Assembly (NCBI GenBank): GCA_007119965.1
Contig: SKOR01000039.1
Span: forward strand, 3,157-67,156
Length of the DNA: 64,000 bases
Direction: 5' to 3'
Source of the DNA: Syntrophomonadaceae bacterium
Lineage (GTDB): Bacteria; Bacillota; Dethiobacteria; DTU022
The translations under genes and the position numbers were made by a program. Of this stretch, positions 63,357 to 64,000 are shown piece by piece. A model generated the notes under the pieces. That model was given only the letters and a program-made list of their open reading frames with translations, was not told where the DNA came from and did not search any database. Within the stretch, counting starts at the first letter, position 1. Every line of letters starts with the position of its first letter.

Positions 63357-64000
63357 ATGCATATAAACAATTTAGCCCAGGGCAGCATTGGCCTGAACAT
63401 CATGACAGAAGACCAGGTTGAACGGATTCACAACGGGACTCTGCATGTCCTCGACAGGGTCGGGGTAAAAGTATTTGAGCCGGAATCGCTGGAAATCCTG
63501 CATGGCAGTGGCGCGAAAATTAATGGAAACCTGGCCAAGATCCCGCCCTGGATGGTTGAGGATGCCCTGCAATCAGCGCCAAAAATCGTATCCCTGGCGG
63601 CACGGGACGGTTCACGGGCGATGAGCCTGGAGAAAAAGAATATTTATTACGGCACCGGATCGGAAGTGCCCTTCACTATTGACCTGGAGAACGGAAGGCG
63701 CCGGAAAGTGATAAAAAGCGATGTCTGTAATTCGTCGCGCCTGAGCGATAATCTTGAAAATATTGACTTTGTCATGTCCCTGGGCCTTATCTCTGATGTT
63801 CCGGTCGATTTCTCGGATTTATTCCAGTTTGAAGCTATGCTCGCCAATACGAAAAAGCCGATCCTCTTTACCTGCTACAGCCGCCGCAACCTGGAAGCAA
63901 TTATTGATATGGCCTCACTGGCTGCCGGGAGCAGGAAAGAATTGAAGGACCGTCCGAGTATTGCCCTTTACGCTGAGCCGACCTCGCCGCTTGTTCACTC
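63357..64000 (+). CDS. MttB-superfamily (non-pyrrolysine) methyltransferase, paralogue 3 (3' end outside the window)
   Basis: This ORF is absent from the ORF track because it has no stop in the window. My hand translation from ATG 63357 gives MHINNLAQGSIGLNIMTEDQVERIHNGTLHVLDRVGVKV...YAEPTSPLVH, which is colinear with paralogues 1 and 2. GGGAG lies 8 nt upstream, and the start is 2 nt after the small-subunit stop. Confidence 0.85.
   Translation, partial: MHINNLAQGSIGLNIMTEDQVERIHNGTLHVLDRVGVKVFEPESLEILHGSGAKINGNLAKIPPWMVEDALQSAPKIVSLAARDGSRAMSLEKKNIYYGTGSEVPFTIDLENGRRRKVIKSDVCNSSRLSDNLENIDFVMSLGLISDVPVDFSDLFQFEAMLANTKKPILFTCYSRRNLEAIIDMASLAAGSRKELKDRPSIALYAEPTSPLVH

Noticed and set aside
50292-64000. 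Possibility that the MttB homologues are pyrrolysine (UAG-encoded) trimethylamine methyltransferases
   Set aside because: All three reading frames are uninterrupted, with no in-frame TAG. No pylTSBCD genes or tRNA are seen in the window, so they belong to the non-Pyl branch.
1-64000. Searched by eye for CRISPR arrays, tandem repeats, IS elements or transposases, integrases, prophage genes and toxin-antitoxin or defence genes
   Set aside because: None found. Repetition is limited to paralogous gene families (MttB x3, M20 x3, peptide ABC x2, NifX x2, MinD-Fd x2, EamA x2) and to short regulatory repeats reported separately.

Overview
The window holds about 60 genes with moderately high GC. All but two (radical SAM 5834-6763, PucR 25543-26817) are on the + strand. 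Gene content points to a strictly anaerobic Firmicute (Clostridia-like); I cannot name the species. I saw no rRNA, tRNA, CRISPR array, transposase or integrase.

Gene blocks in order:
1. hutU(5' partial)-hutI-glutamate formimidoyltransferase, then a CPBP protease and a DJ-1/PfpI protein.
2. A divergent radical-SAM gene facing a conserved but uncharacterised cluster: NifX-like x2, DUF5320, MinD/ParA-ferredoxin ATPase x2, DUF134.
3. rarD.
4. A cobalamin-riboswitch-controlled operon: btuFCD-like transporter, cobU-cbiB-cobS-cobD-cbiP-cobT-cobC, and a Dph6-like PP-loop ATPase.
5. An RDD protein and a lactate permease.
6. A PucR regulator divergent from a SIMIBI-type ATPase plus kamD-kamE (B12/PLP lysine 5,6-aminomutase).
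7. An amino-acid/peptide island: NhaC, three M20 peptidases, one M20D amidohydrolase, EamA, a peptide-type ABC transporter, MFS, a QueG-like Fe-S protein and a BKACE (Kce-like) enzyme.
8. hutH-hutP, preceded by a sigma-A promoter and a HutP-type NAG-repeat/terminator leader.
9. A non-pyrrolysine MttB-family methyltransferase.
10. A second peptide/opine-type ABC transporter.
11. A tightly packed operon: MttB-family, XDH-family Mo-hydroxylase (large, FAD and 2Fe-2S subunits), MttB-family (3' truncated by the window edge).

The best candidate for an undescribed system is this last operon, where corrinoid-dependent N-demethylases are coupled to a molybdenum hydroxylase. It has its own ABC importer and sits next to the histidine-sensing HutP module.

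Secondary candidates:
- the P-loop protein upstream of the orphan kamDE
- a BtuD ATPase with a ~170-aa extra C-terminal domain
- a Dph6-like ATP pyrophosphatase translationally coupled to cobC
- the NifX/MinD-Fd/DUF134 cluster and its putative operator

All functional calls rest on motif and family recognition by eye. No database search was run.
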